In this document: piece by piece, positions 63,748 through 64,000 of the stretch
How the letters are laid out: the number at the start of each line of letters is the position of its first letter
How positions within the stretch are numbered: the stretch's first letter is position 1
Origin: Octopus sinensis
Taxonomy: Eukaryota
Assembly (NCBI RefSeq): GCF_006345805.1
Contig: NC_043004.1
Span: 27,714,001 to 27,778,000, forward strand
Reading direction: 5' to 3'
Length of the DNA stretch: 64,000 bases
The notes under the pieces: model-generated
Told to the model about the DNA's origin: nothing
Database searches by the model: none
What the model saw: the letters and a program-made list of their open reading frames with translations, nothing else
Translations under genes and position numbers: made by a program

Positions 63748-64000
63748 AATACAATGATCACACGCTACACACGTTCCTTGCAAGCACTGTTGTAAACATT
63801 GAAAATGAGGTAGAATGTTAAAACTTAATGCGCATGCATAGCGGAGTCTAATGTCAATCTGTGCCAAGCTCCTTCACTCTGCGTGCTTTAGAATTGTTAC
63901 TATGGCAACTGTCCGGATACTTATTGATCAGACCTTGTATGTATAGGAATAAATGTGTGTTTTTGTGTGTGACTAGATTCCACATGTTTTCTGTGCCAAT

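Overview
AT-rich, microsatellite- and SINE-dense eukaryotic DNA. The repeat families look like octopus (coleoid cephalopod), which is an inference from pattern recognition. The window holds eight GT-AG-flanked coding exons (2922-32397, + strand) that splice in frame to 257 codons of a plexin domain-containing protein (PLXDC1/2-like; NIDO-like region plus PSI domain). The N-terminal and the stalk/transmembrane/cytoplasmic exons were not found here. Introns carry decayed mobile elements: hAT/Charlie, Penelope-like, CR1/L2-like, HERO-like RLE, Gypsy, mariner/maT/Tc1, piggyBac- and Tc1-type MITEs, a Tx1/L1-clade LINE and many tRNA-derived SINEs. The most notable observation is a 42-nt intronic inverted copy (4097-4138) of the acceptor and 5' half of the second exon (4558-4599). 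It would place an A:C mismatch at the middle A of a Lys codon, a candidate ADAR editing-complementary sequence giving K-to-R recoding. The pre-mRNA also carries several long hairpins, and a degenerate hammerhead-ribozyme-like fold lies at 61233-61294 (- strand). No rRNA, bona fide tRNA or CRISPR array was seen.
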